This document shows, one piece after another, positions 33,753-42,768 of a stretch of 64,000 nt of DNA. This DNA is from an uncultured Anaerolinea sp. (lineage in GTDB: Bacteria; Chloroflexota; Anaerolineae; Anaerolineales; Villigracilaceae). Both the position numbers and the translations under genes were made by a program. Position 1 is the stretch's first letter. Every line of letters starts with the position of its first letter. The notes under the pieces were generated by a model. That model was not told the origin of the DNA. It searched no databases and saw nothing but the letters and a program-made list of their open reading frames with translations. The stretch lies in the NCBI GenBank assembly GCA_964462245.1, contig CAYWXS010000012.1, positions 8,866 through 72,865 on the forward strand, written 5' to 3'.

Positions 33753-34175
33753 ATGGGTTTTTCGTCAGCCCCGAATCCAAAACAATTTCAGGTGACGGTA
33801 TGGGAAATTGCTCGACAAATACCGCCTGGTAAAGTTAGTACTTATGGACAGATTGCATCCATGATCCCGCCGCCGGGATCGCTCACATTGAAGGATTATG
33901 AAGCTTTTGGTGCACGCTGGGTGGGTGGTGCCATGGCAAATTGTCCAGCAGATGTCCCCTGGCAGCGTGTGATAAACTCCCAGGGTAAAATTAGTTCACG
34001 TCCAGGTGCTGAGGAGCAGAAGCAGCTGTTGCTCTCAGAGGGGGTGGATTTTGACGAAAAAGATAAGGTTAATTTTGATCTGTATGGTTGGAATGGCCCT
34101 AATCCGGAATGGTGCCGACAGCACGGTTATTTCTCACCCAAGCCACTTGGCAGGGCTCAGCCAGCATTGTTTTGA
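33753..34175 (+). CDS. MGMT-family DNA-binding protein lacking the acceptor Cys (alkyltransferase-like, ATL)
   Basis: VSTYGQIA helix-turn-helix region. The active-site position reads PWQRV instead of PCHRV. Confidence 0.75.
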   Translation: MGFSSAPNPKQFQVTVWEIARQIPPGKVSTYGQIASMIPPPGSLTLKDYEAFGARWVGGAMANCPADVPWQRVINSQGKISSRPGAEEQKQLLLSEGVDFDEKDKVNFDLYGWNGPNPEWCRQHGYFSPKPLGRAQPALF

Positions 34176-34285
34176 GAATTGCTCCACATTTTCCATTTGT
34201 TAAAACCCATCGCCAGCCGCAAAAATAAAGTAAAATTCTAACTCATAATTTCCGTTATTCATTCAACCAACCCATTAGATATCCT

Positions 34286-35962
34286 ATGCCTTCAGATACC
34301 CAGGTAATTTATTCGATGAACAAGGTGGGGCGCATTGTGCCCCCCAATAACAAGCAAGTCTTGCGCGATATTTCGCTGGGCTTTTATTATGGTGCCAAAA
34401 TTGGCGTGCTCGGTCTCAACGGTGCGGGTAAATCCACTCTCTTGCGCATTATTGCGGGGGTAGACAAGGATTATATTGGCGAAATTTCCATGTCCAAAGG
34501 CTATACTGTCGGGTTGCTCGAACAAGAGCCAAAACTCGACGATAGCAAAACCGTGATAGAGATCATTCGTGAGGCTGTACAACCGATTGTCGAAATGCTG
34601 GCACGTTATGATGTGGTTAATGCCAAATTTGGCGAACCGGATGCCGATTTTGAAGCCTTGATCGAAGAGCAGGCCAAACTTCAGGATCGTCTTGATCGGG
34701 TTGATGCCTGGAATCTCGATTCACATCTGGGTGTGGCCATGGAAGCTCTGCGATGCCCCCCGGCTGATACTCCTATTCGGATTTGTTCGGGTGGAGAGCG
34801 GCGCCGCGTTGCATTAACACGCCTGCTGCTAACCGAGCCAGATATCCTGTTGTTGGATGAGCCGACCAACCATCTGGACGCCGAATCTGTTGCCTGGTTG
34901 GAACATCATCTACGTGAGTACCGGGGCACGGTCATTGCAGTTACCCACGATCGTTATTTTCTGGACAATGTCGCCGGCTGGATTTTGGAGCTTGATCGCG
35001 GTTATGGTATCCCATGGAAAGGCAATTACACTTCCTGGTTGGAACAAAAAGGTGAGCGACTACGACAGGAAGAGAAATCCGAATCACGTCGTCAGAAAAC
35101 CCTGGAACGTGAGTTGGAATGGATTCGCATGTCTCCTAAAGCACGCCAATCCAAAGGTCAGGCGCGTGTCACCGCTTATGACAAGCTGCTCAGCCAGGAA
35201 ACTGAGAAATACCGTGAGGATCTGGAAATTTATATTCCACCTGGTCCACGCATGGGCGATATTGTGATTGAAATGAACAACATTACCAAGGCATTTGGTG
35301 ATCGACTAATTATCGATAATTTCAGCTGTGTAATTCCACCCGGATCTATTGTGGGAATTGTTGGCCCAAATGGTGCTGGGAAAACGACTCTGTTAAAGAT
35401 GATTACCGGGGAAGAAAAGCCGGATGATGGTAGTATTCGCCTTGGGGAAAAAATCAAACTTGCCTATGCAGATCAAACTCGTTCTCTGGACCCAGAAAAA
35501 TCAGTCTACGATGAGATTTCTGGAGGACAGGAAATCCTGGAACTGGGCACCCGCAAGATCAATGCGCGCGGTTACTGTTCATCTTTCAATTTTCAGGGAA
35601 CAGATCAGCAGAAAAAAATCAGCATGCTCTCAGGCGGTGAACGCAACCGTGTTCACCTGGCGAAAACCCTGAAAGAAGGTGCCAATGTAATCATGTTGGA
35701 TGAGCCCACCAATGACCTGGATATCAATACTCTGCGTGCTCTGGAAGAAGCCCTGGAAGAATTTGCAGGCAACGCTATTGTGGTCAGCCATGACCGTTGG
35801 TTTCTGGATCGTATCTGCACCCATATCCTGGCTTTCGAAGGTGACAGCCAGGCACGTCTGTTTTTGGGTAACTGGTCGGATTATGAACGCGATTATCACG
35901 AGCGTTATGGTAAGTCAGTTGAAACCCCCAAGCGTGTTCAATACCGAACACTAAAGCGCTGA
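34286..35962 (+). CDS. ettA: ABC-F translational throttle ATPase EttA
   Basis: Two ABC cassettes (GLNGAGKSTLL / GPNGAGKTTLL, with SGGERRRVAL / LSGGERNRVHL). The N-terminus IYSMNKVGRIVPPNNKQVLRDISL is characteristic of EttA. 558 aa. Confidence 0.9.
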   Translation: MPSDTQVIYSMNKVGRIVPPNNKQVLRDISLGFYYGAKIGVLGLNGAGKSTLLRIIAGVDKDYIGEISMSKGYTVGLLEQEPKLDDSKTVIEIIREAVQPIVEMLARYDVVNAKFGEPDADFEALIEEQAKLQDRLDRVDAWNLDSHLGVAMEALRCPPADTPIRICSGGERRRVALTRLLLTEPDILLLDEPTNHLDAESVAWLEHHLREYRGTVIAVTHDRYFLDNVAGWILELDRGYGIPWKGNYTSWLEQKGERLRQEEKSESRRQKTLERELEWIRMSPKARQSKGQARVTAYDKLLSQETEKYREDLEIYIPPGPRMGDIVIEMNNITKAFGDRLIIDNFSCVIPPGSIVGIVGPNGAGKTTLLKMITGEEKPDDGSIRLGEKIKLAYADQTRSLDPEKSVYDEISGGQEILELGTRKINARGYCSSFNFQGTDQQKKISMLSGGERNRVHLAKTLKEGANVIMLDEPTNDLDINTLRALEEALEEFAGNAIVVSHDRWFLDRICTHILAFEGDSQARLFLGNWSDYERDYHERYGKSVETPKRVQYRTLKR

Positions 35963-35981
35963 TCCATATTTTTAAATGGAT

Positions 35982-36014
35982 AAAAGGACGGAAACCAAAC
36001 GTTTCCGTCCTTTT
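35982..36014. terminator. Bidirectional terminator between convergent genes
   Basis: AAAAGGACGGAAAC-caaac-GTTTCCGTCCTTTT. Confidence 0.85.
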
Positions 36015-36034
36015 ATCATTATTTGAGTATTGTT

Positions 36035-36493
36035 CTAAACTACTGGGGTTTCGTTATTTTCTGGTGCTGGGGCTACTACAGGAACTGGAGTGGCAACAGT
36101 GTTTGTTGCGGTAGTGCGCAAACCTGAGCGTTTACCTAACTGGTACATGCCATATAGCAGCAGCCCAAACAATGCCAGTGGCAGCAAGCGTAAAAGTCCG
36201 CCTAATAGCATAAAGCCTATTCCAAACCCAAACGGCATAAATCTACCACCGAATCGGCCATCACGGTTAAACATACGTCCGCCACCCATGCTTCTGCCAT
36301 CGAAATTACCTCGTTGGTCCTGGATTGCGGGATGTTGCCAACCATTTTGGCCTGGCATCGAAGGTAGTGCTTGTGTATTTCCGCCGTTGTTAGCGACCAT
36401 GTAACTCCGCATAACGAGGGGTATTGAAATTATTGCTGCTACAACGATAACTACAATTAGAATCCCAAGAATCCATTTCCATGTTTTACTCAT
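36035..36493 (-). CDS. Hypothetical membrane protein, Gly/Arg/Phe-rich
   Basis: AGGAGA lies upstream of the ATG at 36493 (MSKTWKWILGILIVVIVV...). The middle segment is GGRMFNRDGRFGGRFMPFGFGIGF, and hydrophobic segments lie C-terminally. No family was recognised. Confidence 0.5.
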   Translation of the reverse strand: MSKTWKWILGILIVVIVVAAIISIPLVMRSYMVANNGGNTQALPSMPGQNGWQHPAIQDQRGNFDGRSMGGGRMFNRDGRFGGRFMPFGFGIGFMLLGGLLRLLPLALFGLLLYGMYQLGKRSGLRTTATNTVATPVPVVAPAPENNETPVV

Positions 36494-36716
36494 ATAAGTC
36501 TCCTTTTTTAATCTATCCAAATCATAGCATTTATATCTGAATAATTTGTGTAGATAGTTTGAAGATTTGGTAAAGATATTTCGAAAAGTGGATTTAGTAT
36601 TTTTAAAAAAATGATCGCTATTTTCCAATTGAGAGGGCTATTAATTAGCTGCTTTAGAAGGCCTGAAATCAAATCCATCTGGTGATTCGCGTGTCAACTA
36701 GGGTAAAATCTAGCTT

Positions 36717-37349
36717 ATGTCAAAACCGAAATACTCCCCCTTGATTTTCTTTTTCGGCGTTCTAGCCATTATTTTATTCGCCACATTTTTGGGTCCGGAA
36801 GAGAAAGCACTGGGTTCAAACGTGCGGATTGTTTACCTACATGGTGCATGGGTCTTAACGGCTGAAATAGCTTTTATTGCAGCCGCCCTTGCTGGTGTGA
36901 TTGGTTTACTCTCGCATTTTGTGCAGGGTCTACGTGTGCGCGAGACATTTTTTATGCGCTGGTCTGAATCAATGGGGCGCACCGGGATTGTTTTCTGGGT
37001 TACTTATTTACCGCTATCGCTCTGGGCTATGCAATCAAACTGGAATGGATTGTTTCTGGCTGAACCTCGTTTTCGACTGGCGCTGACATTTGCGGTAGTC
37101 GGGGTCTTAATGCAGGTTGGTATATCCATTATTGGCAATACAATGCTGACAGCGGCTGCCAATATTGCCTATATTATTGTCCTACGCGTAATATTCGCAA
37201 CAGCTGAAAATATTATGCATCCGCCGCCCTCTCCTATTTTTAATTCCGGGAATTACCCAATCATCGCTTTTTTCGTAGGGCTGAATTTACTCACCTGGTT
37301 GGCGGCTTATTTTATGGCACGTTGGTGGCTTACGCTTTCAAAAAAATAG
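36717..37349 (+). CDS. CcmC/CcsA-family (haem-handling protein) paralogue with degenerate WWD motif
   Basis: Local gapless similarity to the window's own CcmC at three points. GPEEKALGSNVRIVYLHGAW matches APLEKVMGEVQRVFYFHVATAW. SLWAMQSNWNGLFLAEPRF matches SIWARPAWGTWWTWEPRL. ENIMHPP matches RTIHPV. Confidence 0.55.
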   Translation: MSKPKYSPLIFFFGVLAIILFATFLGPEEKALGSNVRIVYLHGAWVLTAEIAFIAAALAGVIGLLSHFVQGLRVRETFFMRWSESMGRTGIVFWVTYLPLSLWAMQSNWNGLFLAEPRFRLALTFAVVGVLMQVGISIIGNTMLTAAANIAYIIVLRVIFATAENIMHPPPSPIFNSGNYPIIAFFVGLNLLTWLAAYFMARWWLTLSKK

Positions 37350-37457
37350 CTTACCTAATTTTATTTTCGGATTGCTGGCTGTCTTTTGGTCCTTTGGACC
37401 TCACGGCAGCCGGTAATTTTTTTCTCATGGCTATATGATCTGGAACAAACATTATCA

Positions 37458-38606
37458 ATGAAACTTAAATTACAGCTGGCTTTTTTCACTGTCATTCGAA
37501 CAGTTTTAAATACCTCCCATCGCATGGCTTACCCTTTTCTGGGTGTTTTTGCGCGTGGGCTAGGTGTTGATCTGACTACTATTTCACTGGTGGTTTCATC
37601 CAGGTCCCTGGTTGGAATTTTTGTGCCTTTTGTATCATCGGTTTCAGATCATCGTGGACGCAAATTTGGAATGATGCTTGGGCTGGCAATTTTTACCCTG
37701 GCAGGTGGTTTGGTTGCACTTCACCCTTCATTGCTAACTCTCTCTCTTGCTTTGGTGCTGGCAATGGTTGGCAAGTTCCTTTTTGATCCGGCTATGCAAG
37801 CCTACCTGGGTGATCGAGTAGCATATGAGCGGCGTGGTTTAGCGCTCTCAGTTACGGAAATGGGCTGGTCTTTTGCTTTTATTGCCGGAATTCCATTAAT
37901 GGGTTTACTGATTTCCAGGTATGGCTGGTCAGCCCCTTTCCCTCTTCTAGCTGTTTTAGGGTTTCTGCTCCTGATTGGTGTTTGGTGGATCATCCCATCT
38001 GAAGACCCACATCATGCACCATCGGCCGGACCATGGGCAAATTTTCGAGCAGTACTAACACATCGTTCTACGCTGGCAGCGATAAGCATAGGCTTGTGGG
38101 CCAGTGCGGCGAATGAAATGGTTAACCTGATTTTTGGGGTCTGGTTGGAAGATCGCTTTATGCTAAAAATTGCGGCACTTGGTGCAGCGTCTGCTGTGGT
38201 GGGTCTCTCGGAATTGAGTGGAGAAGGTCTGGTGGCCCTATTTACAGATCGGCTCGGAAAGCCCAAGGCTCTGGCTCTGGGTCTAATCGCCAGTGCAATT
38301 TCCTCGATTGCCTTGCCATTTTTGGGTCGGACTGAAATTGGGGCTCTGGTTGGTTTGTTTTTCTTTTATATTACTTTTGAATTTGTGATGGTTAGTCACG
38401 TGCCCATGATGACCGAAGTTCAACCGGCTGCCCGTGCCACAGTCATGTCATTTAATCTGACCGGCCATTCCATTGGACGGGGGATAGGTGCGCTCCTGGC
38501 AACATTTATTTATCAGTCTTATGGTTTCCCATTTGTCACGGCTCTGGCGATGCTCTTTAATATTTTCGGATTGCTTGCACTAAGGGAAATGCAAAAGAAG
38601 GTCTGA
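37458..38606 (+). CDS. MFS transporter
   Basis: About 12 hydrophobic segments. The N-terminus LNTSHRMAYPFLGVFARGLGVDL is typical of a predicted MFS subfamily. The start was chosen at the ATG at 37458. Confidence 0.75.
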   Translation: MKLKLQLAFFTVIRTVLNTSHRMAYPFLGVFARGLGVDLTTISLVVSSRSLVGIFVPFVSSVSDHRGRKFGMMLGLAIFTLAGGLVALHPSLLTLSLALVLAMVGKFLFDPAMQAYLGDRVAYERRGLALSVTEMGWSFAFIAGIPLMGLLISRYGWSAPFPLLAVLGFLLLIGVWWIIPSEDPHHAPSAGPWANFRAVLTHRSTLAAISIGLWASAANEMVNLIFGVWLEDRFMLKIAALGAASAVVGLSELSGEGLVALFTDRLGKPKALALGLIASAISSIALPFLGRTEIGALVGLFFFYITFEFVMVSHVPMMTEVQPAARATVMSFNLTGHSIGRGIGALLATFIYQSYGFPFVTALAMLFNIFGLLALREMQKKV

Positions 38607-38818
38607 TGTTTTACTTATTTGCAATTATCTTGTAATTGCCCACTCGTTTCTTGAAATATCAAATTCAACCTGGCTGTTTTCTTTCATTAGGTTGGTAAGT
38701 TATTCAAAATTCACACACCGAATCCATATTGCTGGCATATAATCAAATGGGTTGAAGATTATATTGTATACTGTTGATCATTAAGTGCATTCAAAACTTA
38801 CCATCAAAAAGGAAAACC

Positions 38819-39208
38819 ATGACTATACTGGAAAAGAAAGTTATTATTTCTGATAAGGCTCCCAAAGCAATCGGTCCATATTCCGTAGCGATTGAAAGTG
38901 GTGGATTTGTTTTTTGTGCCGGGCAAACTGGGATTGATCCTGCTACTGGTGAACTTGTCAGTCCGGATTTGGAAGCTCAGACTCACCAGGTGCTTATCAA
39001 TCTCAAGAGCGTGCTCGAAGCTGCCGGGACAAGCCTGGACAAAGTCGTAAAAACGACTGTTTTCCTGCGTGATATGGCAGATTTTCCAAAAATGAACGCC
39101 ATATATGCCAGCTATTTTTCGACTAACCCACCTGCACGCTCCACGATTGCTGTGGCGGGCTTGCCCAAGGGTGGAGTGGTCGAAATTGAAGCCATTGCCC
39201 TCAAGTAG
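38819..39208 (+). CDS. ridA: RidA/YjgF-family reactive-intermediate deaminase
   Basis: ISDKAPKAIGPYSVAIESGGFVFCAGQTGIDP and C-terminal ARSTIAVAGLPKGGVVEIEAIA. The start is at the ATG at 38819. Confidence 0.88.
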   Translation: MTILEKKVIISDKAPKAIGPYSVAIESGGFVFCAGQTGIDPATGELVSPDLEAQTHQVLINLKSVLEAAGTSLDKVVKTTVFLRDMADFPKMNAIYASYFSTNPPARSTIAVAGLPKGGVVEIEAIALK

Positions 39209-39233
39209 TCCAACTAGAAAATTTTTGAAGTGC

Positions 39234-39278
39234 GCACACTGGGTGCTGAGTAGGGTATCCTAACAGCACCCAGTGTGC
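39234..39278 (+). terminator. 15-bp-stem hairpin after ridA
   Basis: GCACACTGGGTGCTG (39234-39248) pairs with CAGCACCCAGTGTGC (39264-39278). No clear T-tract follows. Confidence 0.5.
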
Positions 39279-39381
39279 ATGGTGGTAAAATAGATTTTCA
39301 GCAATCTATTATTCCCGGCCCGCTCAGGGTGAATAATAGAATTTTTTTACCAGCATTGAGCCAATTACGTATTGATTTTGA

Positions 39382-40380
39382 ATGCTCCCATCAGTCTCTG
39401 TGATCGTACCCTGCTTAAACGAAGAAAAGCGTATCCGCAAATTATTGGATGCGATATATTCTCAAACCTATCCGGGTGCACAGTTAAGCGTAATTATTGC
39501 TGATGGTGGTTCAACCGACCATTCACGTGCAGTCATTACGCAATTCCAGTCTGAACATCCGTTTTTACGGTTACAGGTTGTCGATAACCCACTTGGAACC
39601 ATCCCGGCTGGACTAAATTGTGCCATAAAAGCTTCGGATGGTGAAATTCTTCTGCGGTTGGATGCACATTCTGCTCCGTACCCCGATTATGTGGAAAACT
39701 CAGTCAATGCTCTATTGACTGGCAAAGGGCAAAATGTAGGTGGTGTCTGGGAAATCCATCCTGGTTCCGAAACTTGGATCGCCAGGTCCATTGCCCGGGC
39801 TGCTGCCCATCCATTGGGTGTGGGTGATGCTCTTTATCGTCATGCACAGAAGGCAGCAATTGTGGATACCGTCCCTTTTGGATGTTTTCGCAGATCTTTG
39901 GTGGATCAAATTGGTGGCTACGATGAGACTTTGCTCACCAATGAAGATTATGAGTTCAATACTCGCATTCGCCAAATCGGCGGTAGAATCTGGTTGGACC
40001 CTACAATTCGATCCGTTTATTTTGCCCGCCCAGACATGGTTAGCCTGGCCCAACAATATATCCGCTATGGGTTCTGGAAGTTAAAAATGCTGCGTCGCTA
40101 TCCCGGCACGCTGCGTTGGCGTCAGGCTTTGCCGCCACTATTTACTGTCAGTTTATTGGTGGGTTTCGTTCTATCCATATTCTCTCGCTTATTTGGATGG
40201 TTACTGCTTATTGAACTTGCAGGATATTTCCTTATTCTAGGTTCTGTGAGTTTGCGCCTTGCGTTTAAAAATAAAGAATTTTTCCTGATCGCCGGTCTCC
40301 CGTTGGCAATTGCGGTTATGCATATAGCCTGGGGTGGTGGCTTTTTGTGGAGTATTTTTTCAGAAAAGTGGAATTCCTAA
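39382..40380 (+). CDS. Family 2 glycosyltransferase with C-terminal membrane segments
   Basis: VSVIVPCLNEE and ADGGSTDHS motifs, and a hydrophobic C-terminal region. Confidence 0.82.
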   Translation: MLPSVSVIVPCLNEEKRIRKLLDAIYSQTYPGAQLSVIIADGGSTDHSRAVITQFQSEHPFLRLQVVDNPLGTIPAGLNCAIKASDGEILLRLDAHSAPYPDYVENSVNALLTGKGQNVGGVWEIHPGSETWIARSIARAAAHPLGVGDALYRHAQKAAIVDTVPFGCFRRSLVDQIGGYDETLLTNEDYEFNTRIRQIGGRIWLDPTIRSVYFARPDMVSLAQQYIRYGFWKLKMLRRYPGTLRWRQALPPLFTVSLLVGFVLSIFSRLFGWLLLIELAGYFLILGSVSLRLAFKNKEFFLIAGLPLAIAVMHIAWGGGFLWSIFSEKWNS

Positions 40381-40383
40381 CCA

Positions 40384-41805
40384 ATGTCTTCTGAAACAAA
40401 ACCTACCTGGCGCTTGCGACCAGGTGAACAACGTGCGTTATTATTCTTTGGCGACCTTGTAATGGCTGTTCTGGCATTGCTTGCCGGGCTTTATTTTTGG
40501 TTTGCCGGAGATGCCTGGTTAAAGAAATTTTCGCTTGAATTTTTCCGGTTGCGGGTTCAGTTTTGGTTTTATCTTCTGCCGGGCGTTTGGATGCTTTTAT
40601 TAATTGAGATCTATGACTTGCACCGGGCTGCGAATTGGGGGAAAACACTTCGGGCGGTGACTATCGCTGGAATGGTGGCTGGCTTTGCTTATTTGCTAGT
40701 GTATTTTACAGCCATCGATCCTGGACGTATCAATCGGCGTGCCATTGCCGTTTTTATTATCCTGGCTATTATTCTGACGCTGATCTGGCGTTGGATTTAC
40801 ATTCGCATGGTAACCTCGCAAGGTATGCAGAGACGGGTGCTGGTAGTTGGTGCCGGTGGCAACGGCCAGTCTCTGGCGCAAATTTACAAAGCCATCAATC
40901 CACCGCCATTTAACTTGATTGCATATATTGACGATGATCCATTGAAGCAAGGTAAAGATGTAGAAGGGTTTCGTATCATAGCAGGTAGTAATAAGTTATT
41001 GCGACTGATTGACGAAATGAATGTTACCGAGGTGGTGGTTTCCATCACAGGCGAAATGCTGGGTGAAACTTTTCAAACGCTCCTGGATGTCCAGGAACAT
41101 GGCATCGAAATAATCCGTATGCCAACCCTCTATGAAGAATTGTTGGGGCGTGTACCCATTCATCATCTCGAATCGGATTGGATCATTCGTTCTTTTGTGG
41201 ACCAAGCTCGTTCAGGAAGTTTTTTCGAGATTGGTAAGCGTTTATTGGACATTATAGGCTCTATAGTAGGGTTACTGATCCTAGTTATTTTGTTGCCATT
41301 CTTGTCAATTGCCATAGTGATCGACAGTGGATGGCCTATATTTTATTCACAAGAACGTCTGGGCCGTGGAGGGCACCAATTCAAGATTATCAAATTACGC
41401 ACCATGCGTCAGGATGCCGAAAAAGAAGGTAAACCCCAGATGGCGGGCGAAAATGATGCGCGGATAACGAGGGTGGGCAATTTTATGCGCACCACTCGCC
41501 TGGATGAAATCCCCCAGTTTTGGAATGTACTTCGTGGTGAAATGAGTATTGTTGGTCCTCGAGCAGAGCGTGCCCAATGGGTGTCTACTTTTCAACAGGA
41601 GATTCCTTTTTATCGTGCGCGCTTGATGGTTAAGCCGGGTATCACGGGTTGGGCTCAGATCAATTACGGTTATGCTGCCACGGTGGAGGATACCGCTGTA
41701 AAACTTGAGTACGATTTATACTACATCAAACATCGATCAGTGATGATGGATATTGTCATCATACTGCGTACCATTAGTACGGTTTTAGGCCGAAAGGGCA
41801 GATAA
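40384..41805 (+). CDS. Polyprenyl-phosphate glycosyl-1-phosphate (priming) sugar transferase
   Basis: N-terminal TM segments. The C-terminal bacterial sugar-transferase domain has RLDEIPQFWNVLRGEMSIVGPR. Confidence 0.88.
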   Translation: MSSETKPTWRLRPGEQRALLFFGDLVMAVLALLAGLYFWFAGDAWLKKFSLEFFRLRVQFWFYLLPGVWMLLLIEIYDLHRAANWGKTLRAVTIAGMVAGFAYLLVYFTAIDPGRINRRAIAVFIILAIILTLIWRWIYIRMVTSQGMQRRVLVVGAGGNGQSLAQIYKAINPPPFNLIAYIDDDPLKQGKDVEGFRIIAGSNKLLRLIDEMNVTEVVVSITGEMLGETFQTLLDVQEHGIEIIRMPTLYEELLGRVPIHHLESDWIIRSFVDQARSGSFFEIGKRLLDIIGSIVGLLILVILLPFLSIAIVIDSGWPIFYSQERLGRGGHQFKIIKLRTMRQDAEKEGKPQMAGENDARITRVGNFMRTTRLDEIPQFWNVLRGEMSIVGPRAERAQWVSTFQQEIPFYRARLMVKPGITGWAQINYGYAATVEDTAVKLEYDLYYIKHRSVMMDIVIILRTISTVLGRKGR

Positions 41806-42734
41806 TGAAGCGTTACCTGGTTACCGGCGGCGCCGGGTTTATTGGCTCACATTTGGTTCGTACCCTGCTTGAGCAGGGTAATTTTGTGCGCGTTTTGGAT
41901 AATTTTTCCACTGGTAGATCTGAAAATTTGTCTGGTTTGGATATCGAGCTTGTTGAAGGTGATCTACGTGACCCGGGCATTACTGCTCGTGCTGTTGAAG
42001 GTGTGGATATTGTCTTTCACGAGGCTGCTTTTGTCTCTGTGCCGCAGTCAATGGAGGATCCACTCCCGTGTTTTGAGATCAATCAACATGGTACCGAAAT
42101 TCTATTGGAATCTGCCCGTAAAGCTGGGGTAGGCCGGGTAGTACTGGCTTCATCTGCTGCGGTCTATGGTGAATCGCAAGATCAGCCCTTGAGTGAAGAA
42201 GCCCAGTTATATCCATTCTCGCCATATGCGGTTTCCAAGCGCGTTGATGAATTATATGCCGCGATGTATACCCGCTCCTTTGGTTTGGATGTGGTTGCTC
42301 TGCGTTATTTTAACGTTTATGGTCCAAGACAGCGTCCGGATAGCATGTATGCTGCAGCGGTTCCCATTTTTACCCGTCGTCTGATCGATTCCAAACCTAT
42401 CAAGATCTATGGCGATGGTGGACAAACCAGGGACCTGGTTTTTGTAGGTGATATTGTCCGCGCCAACCTGATAGCTTCCGAACACCTAGCCGCACCCGGA
42501 CAAATCTTCAATATTTGTTCAGGTTCTGAAATCCGTGTGAGTGATCTGGTGGAGGCACTCATGTTGTTCTTTCCCTCTGCTCAGGCGCCAGTTTATGCAG
42601 CTGCCCGAGCGGGTGATATTTACCGGTCGGTCGGAAGTCCACGTAAAGCGGCGGAACTGTTGGGTTTCCACACCCAGACCAGTTTGTCTGAGGGTCTAAA
42701 GTCGGTTGTGGATTGGATGAAAGCAGCAGGATAG
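41805..42734 (+). CDS. NAD-dependent sugar epimerase/dehydratase (SDR)
   Basis: VTGGAGFIGSHL and SPYAVSK (YxxxK). The start overlaps the previous stop by 1 nt. Confidence 0.88.
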   Translation: MKRYLVTGGAGFIGSHLVRTLLEQGNFVRVLDNFSTGRSENLSGLDIELVEGDLRDPGITARAVEGVDIVFHEAAFVSVPQSMEDPLPCFEINQHGTEILLESARKAGVGRVVLASSAAVYGESQDQPLSEEAQLYPFSPYAVSKRVDELYAAMYTRSFGLDVVALRYFNVYGPRQRPDSMYAAAVPIFTRRLIDSKPIKIYGDGGQTRDLVFVGDIVRANLIASEHLAAPGQIFNICSGSEIRVSDLVEALMLFFPSAQAPVYAAARAGDIYRSVGSPRKAAELLGFHTQTSLSEGLKSVVDWMKAAG

Positions 42735-42768
42735 GCCAGCTGCCTGTCTCCAGCTATTTCCCATTTCT

